Shown piece by piece: positions 39,541 to 53,477 of a DNA stretch of 64,000 nt (its first letter is position 1; every line of letters starts with the position of its first letter). The DNA lies in the NCBI GenBank assembly GCA_036785375.1, contig JAWMAR010000077.1, forward strand, positions 8,246,001 through 8,310,000. Direction: 5' to 3'. This DNA comes from Leucoraja ocellata. Lineage: Eukaryota. A model generated the notes under the pieces. The model was not told where the DNA came from, did not search any database, and worked only from the letters and a program-made list of their open reading frames with translations. Position numbers and translations under genes: made by a program.

Positions 39541-41120
39541 TAGAAACATAGAAAATAGGTGCAGGTGTAGGCCATTCGCCCTTCAAGCCTGCACCGCCAT
39601 TCAATATGATCATGGCTGATCATCCAACTCAGTAACCTGTACCTGCCTTCTCTCCATACCCGCTGATCCCTTTAGCCACAAGGGCCACATCTAAATCTTA
39701 AATATAGCCAATGAACTGGCCTCAACTACCTTCTGTGGCAGAGAATTCCAGAGATTCACCACTCACTGTGTGAAAAATGTTTTCCTCATCTCAGTCCTAA
39801 AATATTTCCCCCTTATCCTTAAACTGTGACCCCTTGTTCTGGACTTCCCCAACATTGGGAACAATCTTCCTGCATCTAGCCTGACCAACCCCTTAACAAT
39901 TTTGTAAGTTTCTATAAGATCCCCCCTCAATCTTCTAAATTCTAGCGAGTACAAGCCAAGTCTATCCAGTCTTTCTTCATATGAAAGTCCTGACATCCCA
40001 GGAATCAGTCTGGTGAACGTTCTCTGTACTCCCTCTATGGCAAGAATGTCTTTCCTCAGATTAGGAGACCAAAACTGTACGCAATACTCCAGGTGTGGTC
40101 TCACCAAGACTCTGTACAACTGCAGTAGAACCTCCATGCTCCTATACTCAAATCCTTTTGCTATGAATGCTAACATACCATTTGCTTTCTTCACTGCCTG
40201 CTGCACCTGCATGCTTACTTTTAACGACTGGTGTACCATGACACCCAGGTCTCGTTGCATCTCCCCTTTTCCTAATCGGCCACCATTCAGATAATAGTCT
40301 ACTTTCCTGTTTTTGCCGCCAAAGTGGTAACCTCACATTTATCCACATTATAATGCATCTGCCATGAATTTGCCCACTCACCCAGCCTATCCAAGTCACC
40401 TTGCAGCCTCCTAGTATCCTCCTCACAGCTAACACTGCCCCCCAGCTTTGTGTCATCCACAAACTTGGAGATGTTGCATTCAATTCCCTCATCCAAATCA
40501 TTAATATATATTGTAAATAGCTGGGGTCCCAGCACTGAGCCTTGCGGTACCCCACTAGTCACTGCCTGCCATTGTGAAAAGGACCATTTACTCCTACTCT
40601 TTGCTTCCTGTCTGCCAGCCAGCTCTCTATCCACATCAATACTGAACCCCCAATATCATGTGCTTTAAGTTTGTATACTAATCTCTTATGTGGGACCTTG
40701 TCGAAAGCCTTCTGAAAGTCCAGATATAACACATCCACTGGTTCTCCCTTATCCATTCTACTAGTTACATCCTCGAAAAATACTATAAGATTAATCAGAC
40801 ATGATTTACCTTTCATAAATCCATGCTGACTTTGTCCAATGATTTCAGCACTTTCCAAATGTGCTGCTATCCCATCTTTAATAACTGATTCTAGCAGTTT
40901 CCCCACTACCGATGTTAGACTAACTTGTCTGTAATTCCCCGTTTTCTAACTCCCTCCCTTTTTAAAAAGTGGGGTTACATTAGCTACCCTCCAATCCTCA
41001 GGAACTACTCCAGAATCTAAAGAGTTTTGAAAAATTATCACTAATGCATCCACTATTTCTGGGGCTACTTCCTTAAGTACTCTCGAATGCAGCCTATCTG
41101 GGCCTGGGGATTTATCGGCC
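39541..41120 (-). mobile_element. CR1 LINE (family A), 5'-truncated
   Basis: RT and C-terminal ORF pieces nearly identical to the 18843 and 41646 copies; same tail. Confidence 0.93.
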
Positions 41121-41645
41121 AATTTATATTAATAATCCCAAACATCTGCTACAGATTTTTTTTTTAAAAACAATGTTAATTTGAACAAAATAGAAGTATG
41201 CAGTTTGCTGATGTGCAGATTGCTAATATGTGGAATATTACCTCGCTGACAATTGCATAGTGTTTCTAGAACTAATCATTATAGTGTTACAATTTTTTTA
41301 ATATTATTATATACCGCATTGCATGAAAATAGAGTAAAATTAGCCCTTAAACATGATTCAAATATCTATTAACATGCTACAGGACTAAAATGTAACAATA
41401 TCCCAAATACGATGTGATTTCCAAAGGACAAAGGACATTTAGTGTCACATGCACCAATTGGTGTAGTGAAGTTTGAGTTACCATGCAGCACACAAATAAG
41501 ATAAACACAACACTTTAGAATTTAACATAAAACATATCCCCCCTACCCCTCCCCCCCCCCCCCCCCCCCCCCCTAACCTGCTGTAGATTTGAGAACTGCT
41601 GTAGATTTGGGAGGAACAACAGCAGCAACAGATTAGCAAGAGATA

Positions 41646-44006
41646 CGACGAGAGAGCAGGCAATTTTAGACTGGGTATTGAGTAATGAGGAAGGGTTAGT
41701 TAGCAATCTTGTTGTACGTGCCCCCTTGGGCAAGAGTGACCATAATATGGTTGAGTTCTTCATTAGGATGGAGAGTGACATTGTTAATTCAGAAACAATG
41801 GTTCTGAACTTAAAGAAAGGTAACTTTGAGGGTATGAGACGTGAATTGGCCAAGATTGACTGGCAATTAATTCTAAAAGGGTTGACGGTGGATATGCAAT
41901 GGAAGACATTTAAAGACTGCATGGATGAACTACAAAAATTGTTCATCCCAGTTTGGCAAAAGAATAAATCAGGGAAGTTAGTACATCCATGGATAACAAG
42001 GGAAATCAGGGATAGTATCAAAGCAAAGGATGATGCGTACAAATTAGCCAGAAAAAGCAGCATACCGGAGGACTGGGAGAAATTCAAAGACCAGCAGAGG
42101 AGGACAAAGGGCTTAATTAGGAAAGGAAAAATAGATTATGAAAGAAAACTGGCAGGGAACATAAAAACTGACTGCAAAAGTTTTTATAGATATGTGAAAA
42201 GAAAGAGATTAGTTGTAGGTCCCTTGCAGTCAGAAACAGGTGAGTTGATCATGGGGAACAAGGATATGGCGGACCAATTGAATACCTACTTTGGTTCCGT
42301 CTTCACTAAGGAAGACATAAATAATTTGCCGGAAATAGCAGGGGACAGGTCAAAGGAGTTGGAGGAATTGAGTGAAATCCAGGTTAGCCGGGAAGTGGTG
42401 TTGGGTAAATTGAATGGATTAAAGGCCGATAAATCCCCAGGGCCAGATAGGCTGCATCCCAGAGTATTTAAGGAAGTAGCTCCAGAAATAGTTGATGCAT
42501 TAGTAATAATCTTTCAAAACTCTTTAGATTCTGGAGTAGTTCCTGAAGATTGGCGGGTAGCAAACGTAACCCCACTTTTTATGAAGGGAGGGAGAGAGAA
42601 AATGGGGAATTACAGACCAGTTAGTCTAACATCGGTAGTGGGGAAACTGCTAGAGTCAGTTATTAAAGATGGGATAGCAGCACATTTGGAAAGTGGTGAA
42701 ATCATTGGACAAAGTCAGCATGGATTTACGAAAGGTAAATCATGTCTGACGAACCTAATAGAATTTTTCGAGGATGTAACTAGTAGCGTGGATAGGGGAG
42801 AACCAGTGGATGTGGTGTATCTGGACTTCCAGAAAGCTTTCGACAAGGTCCCACATAAGAGATTAGTATACAAACTTAAAGCACACGGCATTGGAGGTTC
42901 AGTATTGATGTGGATAGAGAACTGGCTGGCAAACAGGAAGCAAAGAGTAGGAGTAAACGGGTCCTTTTCACAATGGCAGGCAGTGACTAGTGGGGTACCC
43001 CAAGGCTCAGTACTGGGACCCCAGCTATTTACAATATATATTAATGATCTGGATGAGGGAATTGAAGGCAATATCTCCAAGTTTGCGGATGACACTAAGC
43101 TGGGGGGCAGTGTTAGCTGTGAGGAGGATGCTAGGAGACTGCAAGGTGACTTGGATAGGCTGGGTGAGTGGGCAAATGTTTGGCAGATGCAGTATAATGT
43201 GGATAAATGTGAGGTTATCCATTTTGGTGGCAAAACGTGAAAGCAGACTATTATCTAAATGGTGGCCGATTGGGAAAGGGGGAGATGCAGCGAGACCTGG
43301 GTGTCATGGTACACCAGTCATTGAAGGTAGGCATGCAGGTGCAGCAGGCAGTAAAGAAATCAAATGGTATGTTAGCTTTCATTGCAAAAGGATTTGAGTA
43401 TAGGAGCAGGGAGGTTCTACTGCAGTTGTACAGGGTCTTGGTGAGACCACACCTGGAGTATTGCGTACAGTTTTGGTCTCCAAATCTGAGGAAGGACATT
43501 ATTGCCATAGAGGGAGTGCAGAGACGGTTCACCAGACTGATTCCTGGGATGTCAGGACTGTCTTATGAAGAAAGACTGGATAGACTTGGTTTATACTCTC
43601 TAGAATTTAGAAGATTGAGAGGGGATCTTATAGAAACTTACAAAATTCTTAAGGGGTTGGACAGGCTAGATGCAGGAAGATTGTTCCCGATGTTAGGGAA
43701 GTCCAGGACAAGGGGTCACAGCTTAAGGATAAAGGGGAAATCCTTTAAAACCGAGATGAGAAGAACTTTTTTCACACAGAGAGTGGTGAATCTCTGGAAC
43801 TCTCTGCCACAGAGGGTAGTTGAGGCCAGTTCATTGGCTATATTTAAGAGGGAGTTAGATGTGGCCCTTGTGGCTAAGGGGATCAGGGGGTATGGAGAGA
43901 AAGCAGGTACGGGATACTGAGTTGGATGATCAGCCATGATCATATTGAATGGCGGTGCAGGCTCGAAGGGCTGAATGGCCTACTCCTGCACCTAATTTCT
44001 ATGTTT
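41646..44006 (+). mobile_element. CR1 LINE (family A), 5'-truncated, young
   Basis: 520-aa ORF at 41678-43240 with a complete RT core, one frameshift near 43237, then a 227-aa C-terminus and a TTCTATGT tail. Confidence 0.95.
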
Positions 44007-45644
44007 AATCCCATTCTCATGCCTTCTCCCCATAACACCTGACACCCGTTTCAAAGGCAGGATATCTGCTTTATGACAGATTACTACTCTCGTGATGATC
44101 ATTAAGCATATAATGCATCTTCACAATAGTACCGACATTGCAGAGAAATACTAAAGGACAAACACAAGTGTACAAGAACCAAGAAAACCAGAGGGATGCT
44201 CAAACTCCAATGTTGATATTTGGTTTGGACTGAGATGATATTTTAAATAAAATTTCAGTGCAATCAAACACATTTTGTTTGATATGTGCTTTATTATTAA
44301 GAGATGATTGATGGCTGATTTTCACAGAGGATGGCATAAAAGAAAACAATGAATCAATTTATGCCATTGATTCACTCATGAACTGATGGCCGCAAGTACA
44401 TCTCGCTGCGAGATGAAATTATTCAGCTCTGCTTCATGGATGAATAAAACACTGTTATTTGGAAGACTCAGTCTATCAACATTTGTTATCCTTTATTAAC
44501 CACTCCATCATGAAAATAAAATCATTGCCTCTCACAGTCAACCATCACATCCTTTGGCCGATAAACATATCAATCATTCCCTTCAATATTTCAAGAGAAG
44601 CAGGCACTTCTTGTCTTAATTATTCCAATAAATTACTGCAACTTTGATTTTTTTTTTAAATCAGCAGATTTTTTAGTACATACATTGCCATGTACAAACA
44701 TTTTTCAGATGTCTTCCAGTACTTGGTCTGCATTCTCAAATGTGGATGATTGTTACCAAAAGCTAAGGGCCTCTCTGTCAGTGTCATTTGTAGCGGCAGT
44801 TTTTTCATATCTTTCGAGAAACAAATTCTCTAGTCGCTATTTGGATGGGAATGGGTAAGGGGAATATCTCTGATATGCATGTAAGCTTCCTCAGAGACCT
44901 TGAGAGCTTCACTCATAAAGCTTCAACACACAGTCTTTTGTTGAATAAATGCTTTATTGATGATGGTAAACAGCAAGATACATCCAAGTTTCTTCTGACT
45001 TGTTACTGCAATCTTCCTTGAATTCCAACTTGCAACTTTAAACATTACAAAACTCCAAGTGTCTCCGTAACATTGACATGGTCGAAGGGTTGACCTTCTC
45101 CATCCTCTCTCCAAACTAATCTAAAAACTAGACTTCTGCACACACATCTAAGCTCCAAACATGCCCAAAAACACGACATAAATCCCACCCACAATATAAC
45201 GGGCAGTCTAAAATTTAAAGGCACATGCCATCATCAGTGACATGCAAAACAGGCCAAATGGTCACTACAATCATGTCAATGATTAGACTAAAGCCGGGCT
45301 GACCTCTTAGCATTTATTGGGACTTCCATAGGAATCTGATGAACTGACCCTCTGAAATTTTTACTGGCAATGTATTCTCAGCAGGATCTCCAAAGGTACT
45401 GGAAATGGAATTCTAATAACCAACATTAAAACATACTTCCTGGACATAGAATGATATCTAAATCCCAAAGAGAGAACCAACTGATTTTTTTTTAAACTCC
45501 CTACTGCATCTTGGTATTATACATGGTAATTTAGATGCTGTCGAAACTTCCAGATAGGACCTCAGATCCTCTGTTCAGAGTGTCCATGTTGTTGACTGCA
45601 TTATCAGCACCTCACTGTTCACAGATGCTCTGTTGCTTAGAACT

Positions 45645-46108
45645 GATGGAGCTGCTGCCTTACAGTGCCGGAGAACTGGGCTCGACACTGAGCTTGGGTG
45701 CTGTCTCTATGGAATTTGCATGATCTCCCTGTGACTGTGTGGATTTCCTCTGGGTGCTCCAGTTTCCTGCCACATCCCTATGACATGAAGGTTCACGTTA
45801 ATTGGCCTCTGTAAATTGTCCTCGGTGTGGTTGAAATGGATATGAAAGATAACAAAGAACTAGTGTGAATGGGTGCAGCAACAACTATGGAGCAGTCTGA
45901 AGAAGGGTTTTGGCCCGAAACGTTGCCTATTTCTTTTGCTCCATAGATGCTACTGCACCCGCTGAGTTTCTCCAGCATTTTTGTGTATCCTCGATTTTCC
46001 AGCATCTGCAGTTCCTTCTTAAAAACTAGTGTGAACGGGTGGTCGATGCTCAGCTTGGACTCGATGGACTGAAGGGTCTGTTTCCATGCTGAATCTCTAA
46101 ACTAAACA
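45645..46108 (+). mobile_element. HE1-like SINE interrupted by a Penelope unit
   Basis: The two SINE halves rejoin across the 18-bp TSD. Confidence 0.78.
45876..46023 (+). mobile_element. Short Penelope-terminus unit inserted in a SINE, 18-bp TSD
   Basis: AACTAGTGTGAAYGGGTG at 45858-45875 and 46024-46041. Confidence 0.82.
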
Positions 46109-46339
46109 AACACTTTCTGGATTTGTCAGCACACATTGGAAAGATCCGGCAGAACCTACATACATGTCTGAATCCCTGTAAACATTCTCTATTTGCTGAC
46201 ACCATTTTCAGGATTTTTCTGCAGTTCACTCAATGCCTAACCAACAAAAGAGAGGAGAAACCAACCAGAACTTTTAGGGACTTTTCAATGAACAGAATGA
46301 AAGTAATCAAAATTTGAACATAGAACAGACTAACAATGC

Positions 46340-46810
46340 CAGGCTAAACATGTGCACTGTTAAACCAATCTCCTCAGCCTGCACATGATCCACATCCCTC
46401 CATTCCCTGCATATCGACTGGTCCATCCAAAGGCCTATTAAATGCCGCTATTGCATCTGCTCCCACAGCACCCCTGGCAATGCGTTCCACAAACCCACCA
46501 CTCTTTGTGTAAATAAAACCTTCCCTGCATATAAACGTTGCCTCTCTCAACTTAAAGCTGTACCCTCTAGTCTTTGAAACTTCCACCCTGGCAGAAAGTT
46601 CCAACCTTATGGTTTTCATAATTCTAGGTGCTTCTATCAGTTCTCCAATGCTCCAGAGAAAACAATCCAATTTCTCAAGCCTCTCCTTATACCTGTAATC
46701 CAGGCAGCCTCCTGTTAAACCTCTTCCACACATTTTGCAGAGCCTCCATATCCTTCCAGTAATGGGATGACTAGAACTACACGCAATACTCCAAATGCAG
46801 CCTAATTCAA
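46340..46810 (-). mobile_element. Old CR1 3' fragment
   Basis: YKERLEKLD...SKTRGYSFKL remnants. Confidence 0.7.
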
Positions 46811-47369
46811 GCAGCAATCTTGCAAATTATAAAACTACAAAATGGAAGAAAGAGGCAGCATAACTGAAAACTAAATGAGATATTTGGATATATCTATTTT
46901 GAGAAAATAAATTCAATGTTTTCAAGAGAGATTTAGATTTAGCTCTTCTGGCTAATGGAATCAAGGGGTATTTGGAAGAAAGCAGGAATGGGGTACTGAT
47001 TTTTGGATGATCAGCCATGTTCATATTGAATGATCGAGCCTGCTGAGTATTCCATTTTTTAATAAAAGTTAAATATCTGTGCATTGGCAGCAGTATTTTT
47101 TTTATTGCTTTCGTATAAATTAAAAAACTATACCAAATTAAAAAGTCAATGGTATCTTGGCAAAAAGGTGTACGTTTAATGAAAATAAATTAAAATAATA
47201 AAGGGTCACAGCAAATGTGATGTTATGAAACAGCATAACATTTGGAAATTAAATTTGAATTGCTTAAGACCACAATTCTGGAAAAATAATTAAATTTTAG
47301 AAAAAACTTCAAGATGCAGGAGGAGTAAATAGGCACAATGATTTTTTTTCTTGAATAGAAAAATAGAAA

Positions 47370-48285
47370 CAGAGAAAAGTAGGTGAAGGAGCCAGCACTG
47401 TCATTCAATATGATCATGGCTGGTCATCTAAAATTATTACCCCGTATCCTGCTTTTTGCCCATATTCCCAGATTTCTTTAGCCCTAAGAACTAAATCTAA
47501 CTCTCTCTGGAATACATCCAGTGAATTGGTCTCCACTGCCTTCTGTGGCAGAGAATTCCACAGATTCACAATTCTCTAGGTTAAGAAGTTGTTTCCTCAT
47601 CTCAGTCCTAAATGACCTATCCCTTATTCTTAAACCGTGACCCTCAGTTCTGACACATAAGTGACTGAACTACAAGCACGCCCAAGTCTTGTTGCACCTC
47701 CCCTTTTCCTAATATGACACCATTTTCATAATCTGACACCGAATGGCCTACTCTAGCACCTATTTTCCATGTTTTTTTCGATGCAGCAAACCGGAGGACT
47801 GGGAGAAATGTTGAACTCAACAGAGGACAAAGGGGTTAATTAAGATGGGGGGGGGAGCGCATGAAAGAAAGATTGTAGGGAATATAAAATCTGACTAAAA
47901 GCTTATTTAGATATGAAAAAAGGAAAAGATTAGTGAAGACAAATGTAGGTGCCTTACAATCAGAGACAGGTGGATTTACAATGGGAAACTAGGAAATGGC
48001 AGAACAATTAAACAAGTACTTTGGTTCTGTCTTCACAAAGGAAGATACAACAATCTCCCAGAAATACTAGGGGACCGAGGATCTAGTGGGAGGGAGGAAC
48101 TGAAGGGAATCCACATTACTCAGGAAACAGTGTTAAGTAAACTATTGAGACTGAAGGCAAATAAATCCCCAGGGCCTGATGGTCTGCATTCTAGAGTACT
48201 CATGGTGTTGGCCCTAAAAATCGTGGATGCATTGGTGATCATTTTCCAATGTTTTCCCGACTCTGGATCATTTTCTGTGGACAGG
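47370..48285. mobile_element. Cluster of CR1 fragments in both orientations
   Basis: Minus-strand 3' end at about 47370-47650; plus-strand linker/RT start LKANKSPGPDGLH at about 47790-48285. Confidence 0.72.
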
Positions 48286-49949
48286 AAGCTCCCTTCTGGC
48301 GAGCTCCGTGACTAAAGCATCCTCGCTGCGCCCGCCGCTGAAGCCCCGGGTGCTTCTCTGCGCAAGGCCACGCTGATCCTCGATGTTAGGCCACGGGGGA
48401 GGCGACATGGAAAAAGTCGCCTCTCCATGGAGGCGGTTTCCCCCTTACCACCCCACATCACCCCCCACACAAGACATACAAAGAAACATTAAAAACATAC
48501 ATTAAAACACACACAAAAAAAAAAGTTGAAAAAACTAACGCGCTGTTGGCAGGGCTGCCGGCTTGCAGCGCCCCCCACTGACCGATGACCTACCTTGCGT
48601 GCAAATTTATAAACATGTGGACCATTCCAGCTAGTTCATTCTCTGCACTATTTTGGGAATATAATTATTTTCTCCTTCATGAATATCACATGAAGGACAT
48701 TGTTGCACTTTTTACAGAAATCACATCATATTTTGAATATCATTACATTTTTGTCTTGGAGCATGTAAATAGATATTTGAATCCTGTTTAAAAAGTTTTT
48801 AATCTGTCTTCATGCAATGAGATATTATGAATATTACCATAAAACATCTGTATTGGCAACATCACTTAGTATTAGACATTGGCACCAGGTTCCTAAATGA
48901 AGAGGCATAGTTAATGCAAGAATTATTATTATTTTTTTAAAACACATCATTGGTGCTATCTTGAATGTAACATCAGGATTCCCAAGATATAGGATAATTG
49001 AAAGTGTACATGTGTTACATCTGATTGCAAATCATTCAATTTATTCAAGATCACACTGAAATATACGGTAGGTAAAATAAATGCACTTGTGACTGAATTT
49101 ACCAATTTTTTTGATTTGATATCTAATGCCAGTATCAGAGATAGAAGCCTGCAATTTTACACTCTACCCCAGAGACACACATATACTGGATAATATATCA
49201 TCAGAAAGTTTTGATTGGGAGAAGTTTTTTATTGTGTTATGTTGTTGCTTTTCGTTTAATTCTGTGCAGATAATGAAGAAGTCAGAATACTGCATAAATT
49301 GTCTCGAAAGCAGATTTATGATCGCACACCTAAAGTGGGAAAACCTGCCCACTCATGTGAATTCAGTAGATTTCATTACACTGTTTGGAGAATAGAGAGG
49401 TTTCCCAGCCAAAATGATCCCCCAGATAAGATAAATGATGTTACTTAGTCATTAATGTCAAACCTTTGCATCAATAAGCTGACTGTTTACCATATTTCCT
49501 TGCATTGAAAAATTAAATGTGCTTCAAAGATGCTTCATCAGCTGTAAGACCCTCTTGGACACTTTGAGGTTGATATTTGAAATACACAAATGTCTATAGC
49601 AAAGTGCTGTTTGTTAATTGTTACCATAAACAATTTGTTGATTAAGTTAGATTTTTTATTTAGATTTTAATTAGTTTATTGTCATATAAACCATAGGTGC
49701 AATAAGGTTCCTTCTGTGCATGGAACTCATGGAGTAAACAGTATGCATGAAGATAATGATCAATACAGGAATGACCCTGATGAGTGCAAGTCAGTAGAAT
49801 GGTGCAAAAGTTGCAGTGTAATCTGAAATAGTAAAGGAAAAGTACAAGAATGTAATAACAGAACAGCCAAATGAGGTAAAGTTCAGAGTAGAGGTACACA
49901 CCAACCTCTGTGGGAACAGAATGTAAAAGAGGTGTATGAAAGAGTATGT

Positions 49950-50095
49950 GAAAGAAGGAACTGCAGATGCTTGTTTAAACCGACGATAGACACAAAAAGC
50001 TGGAGTAACTCAGCGGGACAGGCAGCATCACTGGATAGAAGGAATGGGTGATGTTTAGGGTAGAAACATCACCCATTACATCTCTCCAGAGATGT
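49950..50095. mobile_element. Penelope-terminus unit with a short fold-back
   Basis: aatgggtgatgttt-agggtag-aaacatcacccatt hairpin. Confidence 0.72.
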
Positions 50096-50179
50096 TAAAG
50101 AGGTGATTGATTCAGGGATCTGTTAGCAGTGGGAAGAAGTCTGGACATCTGGGCTTTCAAGCTTATGCCACAATGACAG

Positions 50180-50498
50180 CATGGTGATGCTGCGGTAGAG
50201 TTGCTGCCTTCCAGCGCTAGAGACCAGGGATAGGTCCTGATTATGGGTGTTGTGTGTATGGAGTTTGCACATTCTCTCCATGACATTTGTGAGTTTTCTC
50301 CAGGAGCTCCGGTTTCATCCCATATTCCAAAGATGCACAGGTTTGTAGGCTAAGTGGCTTAATAAAATTGTCAATTGTCCCTAGCCTATGTTGGATAGTG
50401 TTAGTGTGTGGGAATCACTGGTCGGCGTAGATTGGTGGGCCGAATGGCCTGTGTTCATGCTGTATCTCTAAACTAAACTAAACTAAACAAAAACTAAA
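50180..50498 (+). mobile_element. HE1-like SINE
   Basis: Same family, (taaac)n tail. Confidence 0.8.
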
Positions 50499-50974
50499 TA
50501 TTTTCCCTGAATGCAGAAGAGGGAAAATAAACTCCCCAGAGTGACAGGCATCTTTGATGATACAAGATACATTTATTTGTCACATGTACCAATTGGTACA
50601 GTGAAATGTGTGGTCGTCATACAGCCATAAAAAGATGCTCCCAGCCTTCCCAATACAATGAACCATAAAGAGGGACTAGTTGCAAGGAATTGGCAAGACT
50701 GTGATGGACTGTTCATCAAACTTCACATGTTCAGGTAGTAAAGAGCAGAGCATTTGCCATTCCAGGCTGAGATACGTCCCATCAGAATTCTTTCTATAGT
50801 GCCCTTCAGTCCACCGAGCCCAAGCCAAACATTGATCACCTGTTCAATCGAGTTGCTTTGTTATCTCATTTTCACATCCACTTCCACCACACAAGGGACA
50901 ATTTACACAAGAGACCTATGAACCTTCATATCATCTGTAGAGGTTCAAGAGAATCCCTGAATCTTCTCAGATGC

Positions 50975-51410
50975 TGGGATCTGCTGGCTCCATGTGCGGT
51001 TCCGAATAAATTTTAAGATCCTTCTTTATGTCTACAAAGCCCTTAACGGGCTTTCCCCCACCTACATCAAAAGTACCACCACACCACCTCCAGGTCCCAC
51101 AGATCATCCGACATGAGGTTACCGAACACCCCGCGGGCGACCTTTGCGGTTGCAGCTCCTAGACTGTGGAACATCTCTCTTCCCATCAGAACTGCCCCCT
51201 CCATCGACTCCTTTTAGTCGAGACTTAAAACTCATCTTTACTCTCAAGCCTTTCTTGACGTCCTCTGGGTGAGGGCTATATGTATGTATTTATGTATGTA
51301 CTTAATCTATAAACCAATGTTGTATAACGTTAGTACCTCTGCCAATGTAAAGCACTTTGGCCAACGAGAGTTGTTTTTTTAAATATGCTATATAAATAAA
51401 AGTGAATTGA
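50975..51410 (+). mobile_element. L2-clade LINE 3' fragment
   Basis: WLHVRFRINFKILLYVYKALNG, FAVAAPRLWN, F.SRLKTHL; tail gtaaagcactttg...ctatataaataaa. Confidence 0.8.
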
Positions 51411-51754
51411 CGACGACTTCATAAAGTAATATGCTGATGCACTTTCTTGATCACTACATCAGTTTGCAAGGGTCAGGTTAGTTTGCTGATGATATTGTCC
51501 TTTGTGAAAGAATAAAACGTTTTTCTTAAATATTCATCGATATGCATTGGCCAAAGCATCAATTGCGTCATCAACTATACAACCAAAATAAAGACATTTG
51601 AAATTCCTTCTTTTGTTTTCTGCATGACATGATAATGCATTATTATAGCATAAATTGCTAAATGCTGTGCAGCCCTAAATGATACAGAGCCACACATTCT
51701 GCCAGTTTTCATTTTCTTGTTATTTACAGATATTAATTATCCAAGCGTCATGTT

Positions 51755-52262
51755 CATGTGATAGGAGCAGAATTAGGTCATTCGGCCCATCTAGTCTACT
51801 CTGCCATTCAATCATGGCTGATCTATCTCTGCCTCCTAACCCCCATTCTCCTGCTTTCTCCCCATAACCTCTGATACCCATACTAATCAAGAAACTATCT
51901 ATCTCTGCCTTAAAATTATCCATTGACTTGGCCTCCACAGCCTTCTGTGGCAAAGAATTCCACATATTCACCGGCCTCTGACCAAAGCAATTGCTCTTCA
52001 TCTCCTTCCTTAAGGAACATCATTTAATTCTGAGGCTATGATGTCTGGTCCTAGACTCTCCCACTAGTAGAAACATCCTGTCCACATCCACTCCATCCAA
52101 GTCTTTCACTATTTTGTATATTTCCCCCTCATTCTTCTAAACTCCAGCGAGTACAGGCCCAGTGCCGTAAAACGCTCATCATATGTTAACCTACTTATTC
52201 TTGGGATTATTCTTGTACACCTCCTCTAAACCCTCTCCAGAGTCAGCACGTCCTTCCTCAGC
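51755..52262 (-). mobile_element. CR1 3' fragment
   Basis: VNMWNSLPQKAVEA...GIRGYGEKAG. Confidence 0.8.
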
Positions 52263-52626
52263 TGGCCCAGTTTCCTTCAAGGGCAAGAAGAACAGGAAAT
52301 TCTGGAAAACCTCAGCATTTCAGGCAGTGTATGTAGTGTAGAAAATAATTATAGTGAATGTAAAAACTCTTTATATTGCACAACGTTCTGCATCAAGCGC
52401 AATTCGGCTACAAATGTCATGTGAGATGCAGGATCGTCTGACTGGTATCTGACCGGATAAAGGATTTTGTGGGTAATCCATTGCTAGATGTCATGCCAGT
52501 AACTGACAGGACAGCAGTCAAGGGAAAAGCAACTGTTGTCATGTAAATCCTTGAAGCAGAAAGGGGAAAAAAAGATGGACTGCACACATTTATTAATTCC
52601 ACCATGGTGAACTATCTACCAACATG

Positions 52627-52943
52627 GGGCAGCACGGTGGTGCAGCAGTACAGTTGCTGACTTTTCAGTGCCAGAGACCCGGGTTCGATCCTGACTATGG
52701 GTGCTGTCTGTACGGAGTTTGTACGTTCTCCCCGTGACCTGCGTGGGGTTTTTTCCGAGATCTTCGGTTTCCTTCCACACTCCTAAGATGTACAGGTTTA
52801 TAGGTTATTTGGCTTGGTATAACTGTAAAATTGTCCCTAGTGTGGGTAGGGTAGTGCTAATGTGCGGGGATCGCTGATCGGCACTGACTCCGTGGGCCGA
52901 AGGGTCTGTTTCCGTGCTGAATCTCAAACTAAAAACTAAAACT
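52627..52943 (+). mobile_element. tRNA-derived V-SINE (HE1-like), full length
   Basis: A box TGGTGCAGCAG, B box GGTTCGATCC, V-domain gagtttgtacgttctccccgtg, CR1-like tail plus (taaac)n. Confidence 0.85.
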
Positions 52944-53364
52944 CAAACATGATCTGAGCTTGCATATAACATTTGATTTTTTGAGCTGAGGTATTGTCTC
53001 CGAGTTAGACTATCAATAGAGATAATACTAATAATAGTGATAAAACCAAAATACAGAAATATCTTTCTTGATTTTGAAAACTGGTTTAATTGCTATTGTT
53101 ACATCCACTGTCCATAAACAAGTCATGACCTGTATTCAGTTACATTGTGTTTGATTCTACAACAATCTCACAGATATGATATGATGTGTATGTCACGAGT
53201 ATTATCCTTCATTGTAATTTGATGATGATAGATGGAATACTGATAAGAAAACTGGATTGTTTTAAATCCTTCTTTTAAGGAAAGCATTGCTTTAGAAATA
53301 GAGCATTAGGAAACTGACATATAACTGAACAGATTCTTTGTTTTCTCCTCCTTATTGGCTCCAG

Positions 53365-53477
53365 GCTGACAGGCAGCTTTGTCCCAGACCTGATAGCAAG
53401 CTTGAGCAATCAGATGTGGTTACATCTGCAAACAGATGAAAGCATTGGATCAATTGGCTTCAAGATAAACTACAAAG
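53365..53477 (+). CDS. CSMD3: Next internal coding exon (113 nt), C-terminal part of the same CUB domain
   Basis: Pyrimidine tract plus ccag acceptor, gtaaat donor. The first G completes GTG (Val), then [37 protein letters not shown], matching recalled CSMD3 [37 protein letters not shown]. Confidence 0.92.

Noticed and set aside
52627-52700. tRNA gene
   Set aside because: The A/B boxes are the head of a multi-copy SINE; no complete cloverleaf.
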